Shown here: positions 40,040 through 52,818 of the stretch, piece by piece
Layout: each line of letters opens with the position of its first letter
Numbering within the stretch: position 1 is the first letter of the stretch
Source: Lama glama
Lineage: Eukaryota
NCBI GenBank assembly: GCA_028534125.1
Contig: CM052817.1
Location: 88,848,001 to 88,912,000 of the forward strand
Length of the DNA: 64,000 nt
Direction: 5' to 3'
Position numbers and translations under genes: made by a program
The notes under the pieces: generated by a model
Database searches by the model: none
Seen by the model: the letters and a program-made list of their open reading frames with translations, nothing else
What the model was told of the DNA's origin: nothing

Positions 40040-42390
40040 GGCAATAGTGAAGCAAGGAGACTATGCAACAGATAGAGGGAAGGAATAGTAGTGATATATA
40101 ATCTCAATTTGTACATAAATTTATTTAAAGTAAAACTCTGGGTAAACAAATAGACACTGCCATAAAATATTTTAGTTAAAATAATGAATATAATATAACT
40201 AATTAGTTGTTTCTAAGTGCACTAAAGAACTTGGAGAAAGAAAATCATAAGCTCTGTGCTTCAAACTTTAAGATTAAAGGCTTGAGTAAAGAACAAGAAA
40301 GCATCTATGATCCTGCTAAATAATTATTCTTTCCTATAGCTGCTAAATAATTATTATTTCCTATAGCTGCAGGGCTGCTATTTCTGAAAACCAAACCTAC
40401 GGTTTAATCCTGTGAGTGACTGAATTACAACACAAATGAAATTTATAACTTCATAAGGTCTATTATTATAAAGATATTTGTTGGGGAATAATGGGACCCT
40501 GAAAATTGGAATGGAGCCATATGGGCAGAGTCTCATAAAGAGGGAGACACTGAACCCCCAAATTCCTTCTGATTCTTTGAGGAATACAGTCTCTCTTTGT
40601 CTGAAAAAAATATCTTTAATTGCCTTCCCTGAAGCAGTTGTCTGGTGGGAGACTTCTGATCACCTTCAGGACCCAATCTTATAGCTTCTTACTGCCTCCA
40701 GACCTAGAACCAGACTTAAGTGCCACCATGTCCCAGAGAGAAACGTAAAGAGTATGACCCATGAGAAGGCTCAGTATACTCCAAAAATGGCAAAGTTATG
40801 TCAAATTACATAAATAGGAATGTGGAATAAATGTTTTGTAATGGATCCTAAGAGTACTGTGTTAGGATGAAAGAAATACAATGTTATATCAGGCTGTGGT
40901 CATTGATAGAGATACAGTAAAAAGTATTCCAGGTTCAGCTTTAGCTGGGAGAATGGCTCTAACCATTTGTTTGGTATTTTGAGTGAAATCTAGACTCAAA
41001 GGCAACCTATGATAAGTGAAATTAAGGTTTTGGAAATCCTTTGGTATATCATAAAGGATGGTATCTAGAGGATTAGGGACATTTGAATGTTAGAGCAGAT
41101 TTTCATGCAACATCTTCAAATTATGTCTCTTGGAAAAGTCCAGAAACTATTGCTTTATGAAGGCTTTGGTAATTATTCTCCAAACTCTGTATTACTTCTT
41201 GCCTGTAGGCCAGAAGTCATAGTGCAAAACTCTGTCATTGAATTATCTGACAAATGAATTCAATTCAGATGCTCAGACCAAGATTGCAAAGGCAGTACTT
41301 AATTGTTAAAGATAAGATAGTTGTGATTACTTTAATGGTAAGTAGGTACAAGCAGTAACCATAAAAACTTTATCTACAGAAGTGGACATTAGCTAACTGA
41401 TCATGATGTTCCTAGAATTGAAATAGGCATTTTACTGAGCCATTTTTGACTCATATAAGTGGAAAAACTCTAGAGCTGTTGAACAGAGAAGTATGACTAA
41501 ATCACCACAGTGAAGAGTCACAGTCTCTCAAAATATTCCCAGGTTTAAGGCAGTTCGCAGCACAGAGATACTTGAATGAAGAGGAAGTATAGTCCTCTTG
41601 CTATACTGACATAAATTTATAAATCTTTTCTCAGCTTTCTTCTGAGGGATAAGATATAATTTACCAGGATGGTTGCATACTGGGGAAAGGAAAATAATCA
41701 TAATATTTGGAAATATCAGATGCTGGTTCTAAACTGGAATCTCAAATGTCACCATGGTCCACCAGAGTACAGACTTACAGAATTCAGGCAGTCAAAGGAG
41801 TTTGGTTTGAGTTCAGCTTACCATGGGACCCTGAATGCAATCTGTGGTTATTTCCCAATTTTTAAATGCACAATTGAAATAAATATACCCAGAAACTGGC
41901 AGAGTTTCCTGATCCACAGACTGAAAATTATTGGCAGTAAAGGCCAATTAGAAGCCATCATACCTGCCTCTGTTGATTTAAACAGTCAAGAGAAGGTAAT
42001 ACCATGTTACTGCAGAGACTACAGAGATAGTGCTACAGTCAAGATACAGAAGAGGTGAATCTTTTCATATTCTCATTCAGTTCACCCTCTTGACCTGTGC
42101 AGAAGTTAGATGGATCTTGGAGAATGAGAGTTTCAGTGTTGGACCAAATTAGGGAATCTTTTGCACCTGATATGTAGGTATTAACCTGGCAAATGCTTTT
42201 TCCTATATCTGTTAGTAAAGACCATCAGAAGCAGTTTTCTGTCTTCTAGCTTGGCCAGAAGTAATCTTCACTATCCTACTCATGATTACATTAACTCTCC
42301 AACCCTGTTCTGCAGGAATCTTAATTCCCTATCCTTTGCAAAATGTATCACACTGGTCCATGACATTGATGATATCATGTTGATTGAATA
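40040..42390 (+). mobile_element. Decayed ERVL internal sequence (gag-pro-pol remnant)
   Basis: gag motif WDPENWNGAIW at about 40492-40524; RT motifs PVQKLDGSWRM (42094-42126), INLANAF (42180-42200) and HDIDDIMLI (42359-42385, the YIDD catalytic motif mutated). Many stops and frameshifts. Confidence 0.88.
40313..40370. repeat. 27-bp tandem duplication (1 mismatch)
   Basis: CTGCTAAATAATTATT(C/A)TTTCCTATAG x2. Confidence 0.92.
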
Positions 42391-42647
42391 AAACCATTAC
42401 CATAGCAGGTGATGGGGGACATGAAATGTTTATTGGAAGTTAGGGCCTTACTACTATTTGCATAAATAAAGATTATATAACCCCTATCTATATTTCTTAC
42501 CCTGAATTGTAATATATATATATACCTATATAGCTATTAACACACTTCTCTTTCCCTCTTATCCCACCCCACCACCAACAAATGTATGAAGGTTAAATAT
42601 GCCAAAATTTTTTCACTTAGTTGAATATTAAAAATAGGATTCAAATA

Positions 42648-43238
42648 GGAGGTTAAGTGGTACAAACTTCCAGATGCAAAATAAATGAATCACAGGTATG
42701 AAATGTACAGTGTGGGGACTACAGTCAACATCTCTGTAATAGTATGTGATAGATCATAACTAGGCTTATCGTGGTGATTATTTTGAAAAGTATAGAACAA
42801 ATCACTATGTTCAGTAACAGGAACTAACATGTCGTAGGTCAATTATACTTCAAAAACAAATAAGCAAACTCATAGAAAAAGAGATCAGATTTGTAGTTAC
42901 CAGAGGCAGGAGTGGGGATGGGGTGGGAGGTGGAAGAATCAGATGAAGCCAGTCAAGATGTACAAACTTCCAGTAAAAGATAACCAAGTACTAGAGATGT
43001 AACATACAAATCACATATGAGAGTTGTTAAGAGAGCAAATCCTAAGATATCTCATCACAAGGAAAAATTTTTTCTATTTAGTTAATTTTGTATCTATATG
43101 AGATGATGAATGTCCACTAAAATTACTGTGATAATCACTTCATGATATGTGGATTTCAAATTCTTATGCTGTCCACATTAAACTTAGACTGTGCTGTACG
43201 TCAATTGTATCTCAATAAAACTGGAGGAAAAATAAAAA
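42648..43238 (+). mobile_element. L1 3'UTR fragment inserted downstream of the ERVL pol remnant
   Basis: Two successive GTACAAACTTCCAG 3'UTR modules, ending TCAATTGTATCTCAATAAAACTGGAGGAAAAATAAAA. Confidence 0.85.
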
Positions 43239-46200
43239 TCAGGAAACATAAAAATATTAAAAAATAAACTGTAATGAGAAAAATGGCCATTTATATTCAG
43301 AGAAACTAAATTTATAGCAGTATACTAAAGTAAATTATACAACTTCAGATTTTCTACTCTTGTGAAGGGGGAAAATATAGTGGAATATAGTGATGTTTGT
43401 TTCTGGAATATCTTAAGTTAGTATTGCCATTTTAGGGACTATATGTATATAAGAAAGTATGTCAAGCAATCAAATGACTTTATTATAATGGACATTTAAT
43501 TTTTGTCTTGGCCAAACTTGCATTTATTCCCTCTTCTTGATTGTTGTATGTGGAATGACTTCATTTTCATTAAATAGTTTGGTGGGCTACACAAGTTACT
43601 CTCTTTCTCACAGATAAAGGGTAGACATATTCTTCAAATTGAAGGATTCCCCCCTGGGTAATAAATCTTCTCCAAAGTGACAAATGAACCTGAAAATTTG
43701 CAAAGCTGTCTTTGGCTTTATGAGGCAGGCTCCCATACATCCTGCCTTCCAGTTCTGTGAAACTTTCAAGATGTGTTTTTATTTTTCCATAGATGTGAGC
43801 TCACCATATGATTTTGCTGAAAATGACTAAAGTTGAAATGGCTGCTTGCAACTAAAATAATCTCATTTAGAGAACATTCTAACAGAAACTATTCTTTCTT
43901 CCTTTATGAACCTTGTTAGTGTTCTCAAATGACAGAATCAAATTATAACACCTTTGCTTAATGATGTGAATATCTTCTTTATTTGTGTGTTAGATTTTAT
44001 TGGCCTCTGAGGTTTAATTTTTATCCTTGATATATGTACACATTTTCATACAGACACAGACACACACAAAAACAAATGCAAGACTATGTGGGTTCTCTCA
44101 AGAAGACACCAGAATATGGTGGGAGGACAAGGAGGCATCACATCATCTCAAGCTGATGAGGCATTCTCCAAGGTGACAAGTACAATGTCACATGTTGGAG
44201 TGGACTAATGAAACTCAACTTCCTATGATCCCAAAGGTGATCTTGTTTGTGTATTTTAATGTGGTTAAAAACATTTGGTTCACAGCTGTTAAGAGTTAAA
44301 CAAAGGAAAATAGGTTAAAAAGCAGTCTCTCTTGAGAGAGAAAGAAAGAAGGAGTGAAGAGCATCTTGGCAAAGTGTAATGAGGAAGTGGGAGCCCAGGG
44401 GAAAAACTAGCTTCCTCAAATGAGACAGCAAGAAAATCTGCCAGAGACACACAGGGGAAATATACCAAGATAACATATTTTCTCTGAGGGAAACAGAGTC
44501 TGTGAGGAAAAACAAATTGAAATTGGGGAAATAACTGAAAATAAAATCTTAAAAAGTAAGGAGACAAAAGGTAATGAGCACAAGACAGAGGAGAGAAAAA
44601 AAAAAGTGGGACTTCACTTATATACAGATGGTTTTGCCTTTACCGAATATGTGTGATGATAATTCTTTTAAAATAATATTGTTAACAAAAAGATTTTAAC
44701 TATTCATATGCATGACTTTAGTATTCTCTTATTATATAATGAGTTATTGATGATGAGGACAACAAAATGTTTATTATTAATCATAAATCTGCATTAGACT
44801 TAGAATTCAGATAGTAGCAGCATCAAGTCCCAATAGTCACTAGTCTGTTACAGTGCACTTTTTGTGTGTGGACTATGGTCTTAGCATCATTAGATGAGTA
44901 TTTTTGTTTGTTTAACAAAATCATCTCTTTACTTTAAAGGCAAACTATAGAAACAAATGAACAATTAGAGAACAAAAGAAACTTATCTCCAAATTGTAAC
45001 AGAATAAAATATAGTGAGAAAACTCATACTCAGCATTTTAAAAAAATGTAAAGTTGTATATAGAGTTGCACTTCCAAAAACGATAAAACTAAATTCCTAC
45101 AAAATGTTGGAATTTTTTCTTAAAACATCTTAGAACAATCAACCAAGACACCAGATACCACAATTATTTCCCAAAAAGAATCATTACTCCTATACATTCT
45201 TTACAACTGAGTAGATAATTTCAATATAATACATTTCATTAATACAATGCAATCATAATTTTTCACTTCATTTTTATGAGAATTGGTGAAGTCATATAAG
45301 CTCCATTAAAATGTTTAGGAGAATAGGTTTTTATAAAGACAATTTTACTATGATTTTCCTATAGAATCTAATGATTAAAGCAACACTTAAAACTGATAAC
45401 CCAATAAAGAGAAAGAAATGGAGAAGTAATGTTACTGACATTTTAGTTATAAGCTAATAAATATATAGTAAAATTTGACAATTATACAGTTTTCTATTTT
45501 AAAAAAAGTACATTGATTTTAAAATGTTAAATAGTAACATTTTCATATTTATTAGGAAATGAGCAATTATTTTTCAGCTGAAACTCAAAAATGTTCTATA
45601 ATTTTATGTTTAGGAAGAATCACAACAATGGAAGAAACATGAAGCATTCAAGTATAATGCACTTTAATAATGCTCAGGCTATTGATTAAACAGATACAGA
45701 ATGTCTGCTGAAACATATCAAAAGGTGACCATCCTTTAAAATTATACTTCTTTTCCAATATATTATCTAAAGTGACAAAGTGCTTTTGAAATACTAACAT
45801 CCTTATGCATTATGATCTGGGTTAGGTCAAGCAATGTAACAGGCAACAAATGTATCTCTGCAATGCCATATTGAAAAATGTGTGAAAAGAAGTATGATAA
45901 AAGTTATTCAGCAACTTTTTGTTCCCCCAGTTTCTGGGTCATTTGTCTATTATCTGACAATATCAGAGGTAAGACAAATTTTCATCACTTCTTTTGTTTG
46001 TTTGAAAAAATATATTGTTGAAATGCTTTCGTGCTTAACAGTTTAATTTATATCAAAAGTAGTGGTAGAAATTCAAAAGCCCTTATCATTTTCTACAGCC
46101 TTTACATTTCTGCCACTGAGCTGAATGTAATTAATGATACACCAGTATTTTCAGGTTAAAAGTTTTAGAAAACAGGTCAATGCTATAAGCTTTTTATTTT

Positions 46201-46390
46201 TGGACTAGCTTTCTTATTTCCATACGTACCTGCTGGGTTTTTTAACATAAAAAATTAAAAAAAAAATAAGGCTAACTTAGATTTAATATAATGTGGATAA
46301 AATTAGCTAACATACTACATTTTATCTTTATTATCCAAGATATACATCTTTTTCTCATACATATTACAAAGAACAATTTTACTAGTTTAA

Positions 46391-46785
46391 GTTATGGCAT
46401 GAACTGTGTCCCCAAAATTCACATGGCGAAATCCTAAACTCTAGTTACTTAGCATGTGACTGCATATGGAGATAGAACTTTTAGAAAGGAAATTAAGCTA
46501 AAATGAGACCCTTAGGGTAGGTGTAATTCAGTAAGACTTGTGTCCTCAAAAGAAGAGGAAATCAGGACATACAGAGACCCCAGGGTGCTGGAGCACAGAG
46601 AAAAGGCCATGTGAGGACACTGCAAGAGGGGGCTATCTACAAGCCAAGTAGGGGGGAATCTCAGGGGAAATCAAAGTTGCTGACACCTTGTTCTCAGTTT
46701 TTTAGCATCCAGAACTCTGAGAAAATAAATTTCTACTTTTTAAGCTACCCAAACTGTGGCATTTTGTTATGGCATCCCTGTCTGC
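46391..46785 (+). mobile_element. MaLR solo LTR (MLT1B-like)
   Basis: GTTATGGCATGAACTGTGTCCCCAAAATTCAC...GGCCATGTGAGGACAC...CCAGAACTCTGAGAAAATAAATTTCT...TTTGTTATGGCA. Confidence 0.88.
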
Positions 46786-47424
46786 AAGCAATTTATTTTT
46801 TATTTATCCATTTTAATTTGCCTTCGTCAGCCATCAGAAGAAAGTTTTTCCTACAATGAATCATTTTAGGTAAACTTACTCATCACATTTGATTCGCTGA
46901 GATTTAGTTAGTTAATTACTTAGTTACTTAGTTAACTGAAACTCTAGGCTACAATATCACCTAAACTGTGAAAAATAATAGTCTTACATAGGTTTCAACA
47001 TGAGAGAAGCAGATTGTATTTAATGGCTGCCAATGACTAGCCTCTTCAAGTGGTCCAGTTCTGAAGAATCACTGTCTATCCTAGTAGACTTTAGAGAATG
47101 ATAGAAGAAAATGATAAAGATACTTAGTTTCCTATTAAATTATTTTTAACTTTAGAGCTTTCAGTCTCTTTGTAGCAGTGATAGAATGGTATAGGCACAA
47201 ATAATGAATGATACAATTGATACTGCATGCAATCACACTTGTATTTAATGGATACCCGCTACTAGGTTCTACTGTAATTTTTATATAAATAATTTGTTGG
47301 GAAAATCTAGTTTATGATAAATCAGCAATGTTTGAGTGCAATTCAACTATAGAATATGAAATGAGAACAATGCATCACTTAGTGCTACAAAAAAGGTTTG
47401 ATGTTAAAAGATTATTCATCAAAG

Positions 47425-47570
47425 AGCCAAGAGATCTGGGTCAAAGATTACATTCTAATGGGCTATATGACCTTGGGGAATTCACTTAATTTTATTGGCT
47501 TTGTTTCTATACAAATGAGGTAATTAGCAATAATTATTCTGAAATCCATACAACTTTAAGATTCTATGAT
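47425..47570 (+). mobile_element. MIR SINE remnant
   Basis: MIR core ATGACCTTGGGGAATTCACTTAA...TACAAATGAGG and tail AAGATTCTATGAT. Confidence 0.6.
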
Positions 47571-48139
47571 CATCAGACAAGGAATATTAAAGTTAGATGA
47601 ATTATTTCTATATATAGATACAAAATTTCAAGTTTTTTTTTAATTAGAATTTTAAAGCCGTATGTTTGTACTGTTTGTATTGTTCAAATTTGAAACATAT
47701 TCACTGATTTCTTAGGTCACAATTTGAAAAGGGAACTTGTGAATACTTTGACCATCACATCATTTTCTTCCAGTACTGGAAGAGACCATTTGGAAGAGCA
47801 GCAGCAGTAACTGATACTATGCTCACTCCAGACTGGAGATCAAGTAGAGAATGATGTTAATAATTATTAACTTCCTAGGGATATGTACTTAAAGGATCAT
47901 TTTCTATGACAACACTGTGTACCTGCCATAGGTTAAATGGCATAACTTATTTTTAATGTGTTAGGCACCTACTATGTACCAGGATTTGTATTAGATGTTG
48001 CATATGCAGACATAAAGTTTTTCTATATTCAAAATGGTGAGAATTTATCAATGTTTTTATATTATAAATTTATAAATATATATGTGACATTTATATATAG
48101 TGTTTATAAAATAGAGCATGTATACATATACATGTATAT

Positions 48140-50295
48140 ATAGACCTTATTTTGTAGGGTAGTTTTAGATTCACCTCAAAATTGAAAGAGAAGTACAGAG
48201 AGTTCTCATATACTCCCTCTTCCCCAACTACACCCAGTCTTCCCTACTTTCAACATCCTGTACCACAGTGGTAAGTTTTCATAATTGCTGAGTCTACATT
48301 GGCACATCATTATCAACAAAGTCCATAGTTTGCATTGGGGTCACTATTGATGGTGCACATTCTATGAGTTTTGACAAGTGTATAATGACATGTATCCACT
48401 ATTATCACACAGTAGAGCTTCACTGCCCTAATAATCTTCTATATTTCACCTATTAATACCGCCTTTTGTCCTAAACATTTGCATCAACTGATATTTTTAC
48501 TGTCTTCATAATTTCAGTTTTTTGAAAATGTCCTATCAGTGGAATCATAACAGTATTTAACCTTTTTAATTGGCTTCTTTCACTTAGTAATATTAATATG
48601 CATTTAAGGTTCCTCCATTTCTTTTCATGGCTTGACAGCTCATTTCTGAGTGTGCCACAGGATATTAATCCATTCACCTACTAAAGGGTAGGTGTGCCAC
48701 AGGATATTAATCCATTCACCTACTAAAGGGTATGCTGGTTGTTTCCAAGTTTGGCAATTATGAATAAGACTTATAAACATGTGAAGATTTTCCTATGGAC
48801 ATAAATTTTCAAGTCATGTAATTACCAAGGATTGTGACTGCTAAATCATACAATAAAAATATGTTTAGTTTTGTAAGAAACTGCCAAATTGTATTCCAAA
48901 GTAGCTGTACTATTTTGTACTTCTACCAGAAATCTTTGAGGATTTCTATTGTTCCATCTCCTCTCCAGCATTTTATGTTGCCAATGTTTCAGATTTTGGC
49001 TATTCTAATAGCTGTGTAGTGGCGTGTCACTGTGGTTCTAATTTGCATTTCTCTGATAATGTGGAGAGTCTTACCATATGCTTATCTGCCATTTGTATAT
49101 CTTCTTTGTTGGGTGTCTGTTCAGGTTTTGAGGCCATTTTAAATTGGGTTGTTTGTTTTCGTACTGTTGACTTTTAGGTGTTTTTTAAACATATATTTTT
49201 GATAATAGCCCTTTATCAGATGTGCCTTTTGCAGATATTTGCTCCCAGTATGTGGATTGCTTTCTCTTCTTGCTGACAGTATCTTTAACAAAGCAGACAT
49301 TTATAACTTTAATGAAGTCCAGCTTATCAATTATTTCTTTCATTTCTTTCATAGATTGTGTCTTTGATGTTATATATAAAAAGATATTACCATACCCAAG
49401 GTCATTTAAGTTTTTTCCCATTTTATCTTTTTAAGTTTAAAAGTTTTGTGTTTTGCATTTAGGTCTTTTTAAGGGTGGTTTTTCAACTGTTCCAGAACAA
49501 CAGAACAACCTTTGATCCATTGTATTGTCTTCACTTCTTTGTCAAAGATCAGTTCAATATATTTACGAAGGTCTATTTCTGGTCTTTTTATTTTGTTTCA
49601 TTGATCTGTCCATTCTTTGCCAAAACCACACTGTTTTGATTACAGTAACTTCATATTAAGTCTTGAAGTCAGGTAGTATCAGTCATCCAACTTTGCTCTC
49701 CTCTTTCGATATTGTATTGGGTATCTTGGGCTTTTTGCTGCTCTATATAACATTTAGAAACAGTTTCTTAGTATCCAGTAATAATTTCCCGGGATTTTGA
49801 CTGAGATTACATTGAATCCATATGTCAAATTGGGCAGACTTGATATCTTGACATACTGAGTCTTCTGATCCATAAACATGGAATACATCTCCGTTTATTT
49901 AGTTCTTTGATTCATTTAATGAGATATTTGTACTTTTCCTTATATACAAACATATTTTGTTATATTTATATTCATTTTTGTGATGCTAATGTAAATCATA
50001 ACTTGCTTTTAATTTCAAATTCTACATATTCATTGCTAGTATATAGAAAAACAATTAACTTTTATATATTAACCTTTTATCATGCAACCTGGCTATAAAA
50101 ATGTCTCAGTTTCAGAATTTTTTTTGTCATTTCTTTCTGATTATCTAATCATATCATCTGTGAACAAAGAGAGTTTTATTTCTCTTTTTTTTTCCAATCT
50201 GTATACTTTTTTCTTTCTTCTCTTATTTTATTTACTAGGTCTTCTACTACTTTGTTGAAAAGGAGTGGTCGGAAGAAACAATTTGGCCTTCTTAC
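48140..50295 (-). mobile_element. L1MC1-like element (3'UTR plus ORF2 3' part), antisense
   Basis: GTTTTAGATTCACCTCAAAATTGAAAGAGAAGTACAGAGAGTTC...CATCATTATCAACAAAGTCCATAGTTT is the L1MC1-type 3' end. Minus ORF 49185-49421 (IDKLDFIKV...DKGLLSKIY) is L1 ORF2p. Confidence 0.9.
48650..48732. repeat. Perfect tandem duplication, period 42 bp
   Basis: GTGTGCCACAGGATATTAATCCATTCACCTACTAAAGGGTA at 48650-48690 and 48692-48732. Confidence 0.95.
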
Positions 50296-51638
50296 TAATT
50301 TTTGTATTTTTTTAATTTGAAGAATGACATAAATACATGCCTGAACAAAGTCCTACATCCATACAAAATCCAAATTTTACATAGATAACATTAATTTTAC
50401 ATAGATAAACACTTTATATATATGAATTTGCTAATTTCAGTGAGCAAATGCAATGACTAATGACACTGATGTGTATATAGTTCATATAGTTTTCTGGTTT
50501 ATAAGAAGAAATAGCATATTACTCTTTGTAATTTCATGATGAAATTCATTGCTATCTAGAGGAAGAGTTTTATCAAGAGCTTATAATCAAAATATTTCAA
50601 AATACTGTGAGGGTGACTGATTTTTCAGCTTTTTAAAGGAATTTTTTTTGCCTCCAAAACTGATTTGCAAGCTGAAAGTTTTTAACACCTGAATAAATGT
50701 AATTGAAAATTACAACCACTGTGTTAAAATACAGGAAAATGTTCTGACACATTTTATGAATTTAGAGCAACAATCAAATTTGAGTATGTTATAAAATGCC
50801 CCAAGTTGTTTGAATAGCATTTAAAGATAAGTCATTAGAACTAGTAGAGCAGTACCTATGTAAACTTCTAAAAAAAAAAAAGCTTCATTATAATTATCCC
50901 ATTTTGGTGGAAATTTCTTGTATTTATATTTTAATTTGTATTATTATAGTTAACTTCATCATTATATTGTTCAATTAAAAAAGGGTTGATAGACTACAGA
51001 AAAATTCCACCCTTACAATAAATTTTTATAAGTTAAGATGGCAAAATGCTAGTTAATAAAGATAAAAACAGTTTCTGTCAATTAGAGAAAAACTACGAAA
51101 CACTCTTCTGCCATTTGCTACCACCTGTATCTACTTAGAGTTTCTTATCAATTTAGATTCCCTCAGAACGTAAACAATCTTTTAAACAGTTGAATTAACA
51201 GCTCAATGCAACCACTACATTTAATATTAAAAATTATATTTATAGAAGTAAGCTTAACTTTATCATTATAAGATTTGAAAATATTTTATTTTGAGTTATT
51301 TTACAAACTAAATATTTAAAATATTGCCTAAAATATGTATTTAATTAATCTGAATAGAATTGCAAGACAGAAAAGAAATTTTCACCTTGCCCTATATTGA
51401 TGTCCAGGTTCCTTTACAGTTTAGTTAAGGCTGCTACAAAATTATTTTTTTTATCTGTGTGCATTTCATAAAAATGAGAAACATTGGAAAAATGAAGAAC
51501 ACTGAAACTGTGTGCTTACCATTAATATAACACTAATAATTTTCATTTATCATCATTATTACTGAACCTTATTTTCAGCACTGTAAGTTAATAAACATGC
51601 ATAATCACAAGGAAGATTAAAATTAACAATAGTACTAT

Positions 51639-51734
51639 TACTGAAAATATATCTTGCATGTAATCCTGCAGATTTTAAATAAATACTACTGAAAATATAT
51701 TTTGCATGTAACCCTGCAGATTTTGAATAAATGC
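51639..51734. repeat. 48-bp tandem duplication (about 4 mismatches)
   Basis: TACTGAAAATATAT(C/T)TTGCATGTAA(T/C)CCTGCAGATTTT(A/G)AATAAAT x2; visible as the repeated KSAGLHA in ORF 51559-51744. Confidence 0.9.
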
Positions 51735-52580
51735 TGAGGAACATTTTCCTTTACATATTATTTTGTAACTTTTACACATAATGTATCATGCTTATATTTT
51801 ATGCCAACAAATGTACTTAAAATAAAGGTAAGATTAACCAAAATATACATTGCATCATATACATGGGCTAAAATGCGTATGCAATCATTTCCTATTGTAT
51901 ATTATATGTTTCCAAATATTACTTCTGTAAATGATACTATGAAATATCTTAGACCTGAACTTTTATACATATTATGTGTTTTGGAGATTAAAGAGTGTGC
52001 CAGTTTTTATGATTTGACAAAGAATTTGGAATTGCACTGTGAGCTTTGTAATGTTTTAATTTACTAGAATAATCAGGCTTAACATACAGCTTCATGTTCA
52101 CTGATGCACAATAAATAATTGTCATTTATAAGTTCTATTATATCTGAAAAGTCTTAAAGCATATGTAAGTTGTTATCCTAAATTTAGTATTTCTAAGCAT
52201 TTTTCATGTAACAATAATTCTCTATAAATAAAAAATACATTCTTCTCCCAAAAATTTTTTTTGTATAAGAAACTGAAAATTGATATTGTATCTATAATTA
52301 ATATTATTTTCAAGATTATGAAGTTACAATATATTTTAAAACATTCATCTCAGGTTTAGGTCTGTAATCAGTTTAGAAAGCCAGATGCTCTTTCTGTTCA
52401 GTAAGAATATAACTGACAGTTAACTTGGAATCTTGCACTTCTGCTAGATTGTTTTTCAAAATCTACAGTGATAATGAGGACAAGAGTAACAATGCCAATT
52501 ACCTGCTATCTGCAATATCACTAACAGAGAAAATGTAGGAAGAATTCAAAAACTTGAAGAAAAAAAAGATAGGAACTTAC

Positions 52581-52818
52581 CGGAGGAAATTTGCTAAGTG
52601 GCCTTCACTTAAAAAAGATCAATGAGAACTGTAAGAGTGCGTGAAGAAAAGCTTCTTGAACCATATCTTTAGGTCAGAATTAACATTATTTCTCTCTGTG
52701 CTGACACAGATAATTGGAAAAAATATTTCAACCAGCAGACCCCTGAAGTCGTGTCATTTTCATTTTCTTTAGAAGACACTTAAAAGACAGGTGCATCCAC
52801 TGAAAACATCTACACATG
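52581..52818 (-). other. Candidate non-coding exon
   Basis: Donor CCG|GTAAGT (52580-52575). Acceptor ATTTCTCCCTTCTAG at 52819, or the alternative CTTTTCTTCACGCACTCTTACAG at 52629. All three frames contain stops. Confidence 0.3.

Noticed and set aside
41669..42058. 129-aa ORF
   Set aside because: Within the decayed ERVL pro/pol region; no intact domain.
45931..45968. 38-nt plus-strand micro-exon candidate (CCCCCAG| ... GAG|GTAAGA)
   Set aside because: Good splice motifs but isolated and short, with no recognisable coding content; pseudo-exons are common in such DNA.
50373..50408. 20-bp-period duplication AATTTTACATAGATAA
   Set aside because: Short AT-rich slippage product with no further significance.
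48650..51734. Direct repeats as a CRISPR-like array
   Set aside because: Only unrelated two-copy tandem duplications without spacers, in mammalian DNA with no cas genes.
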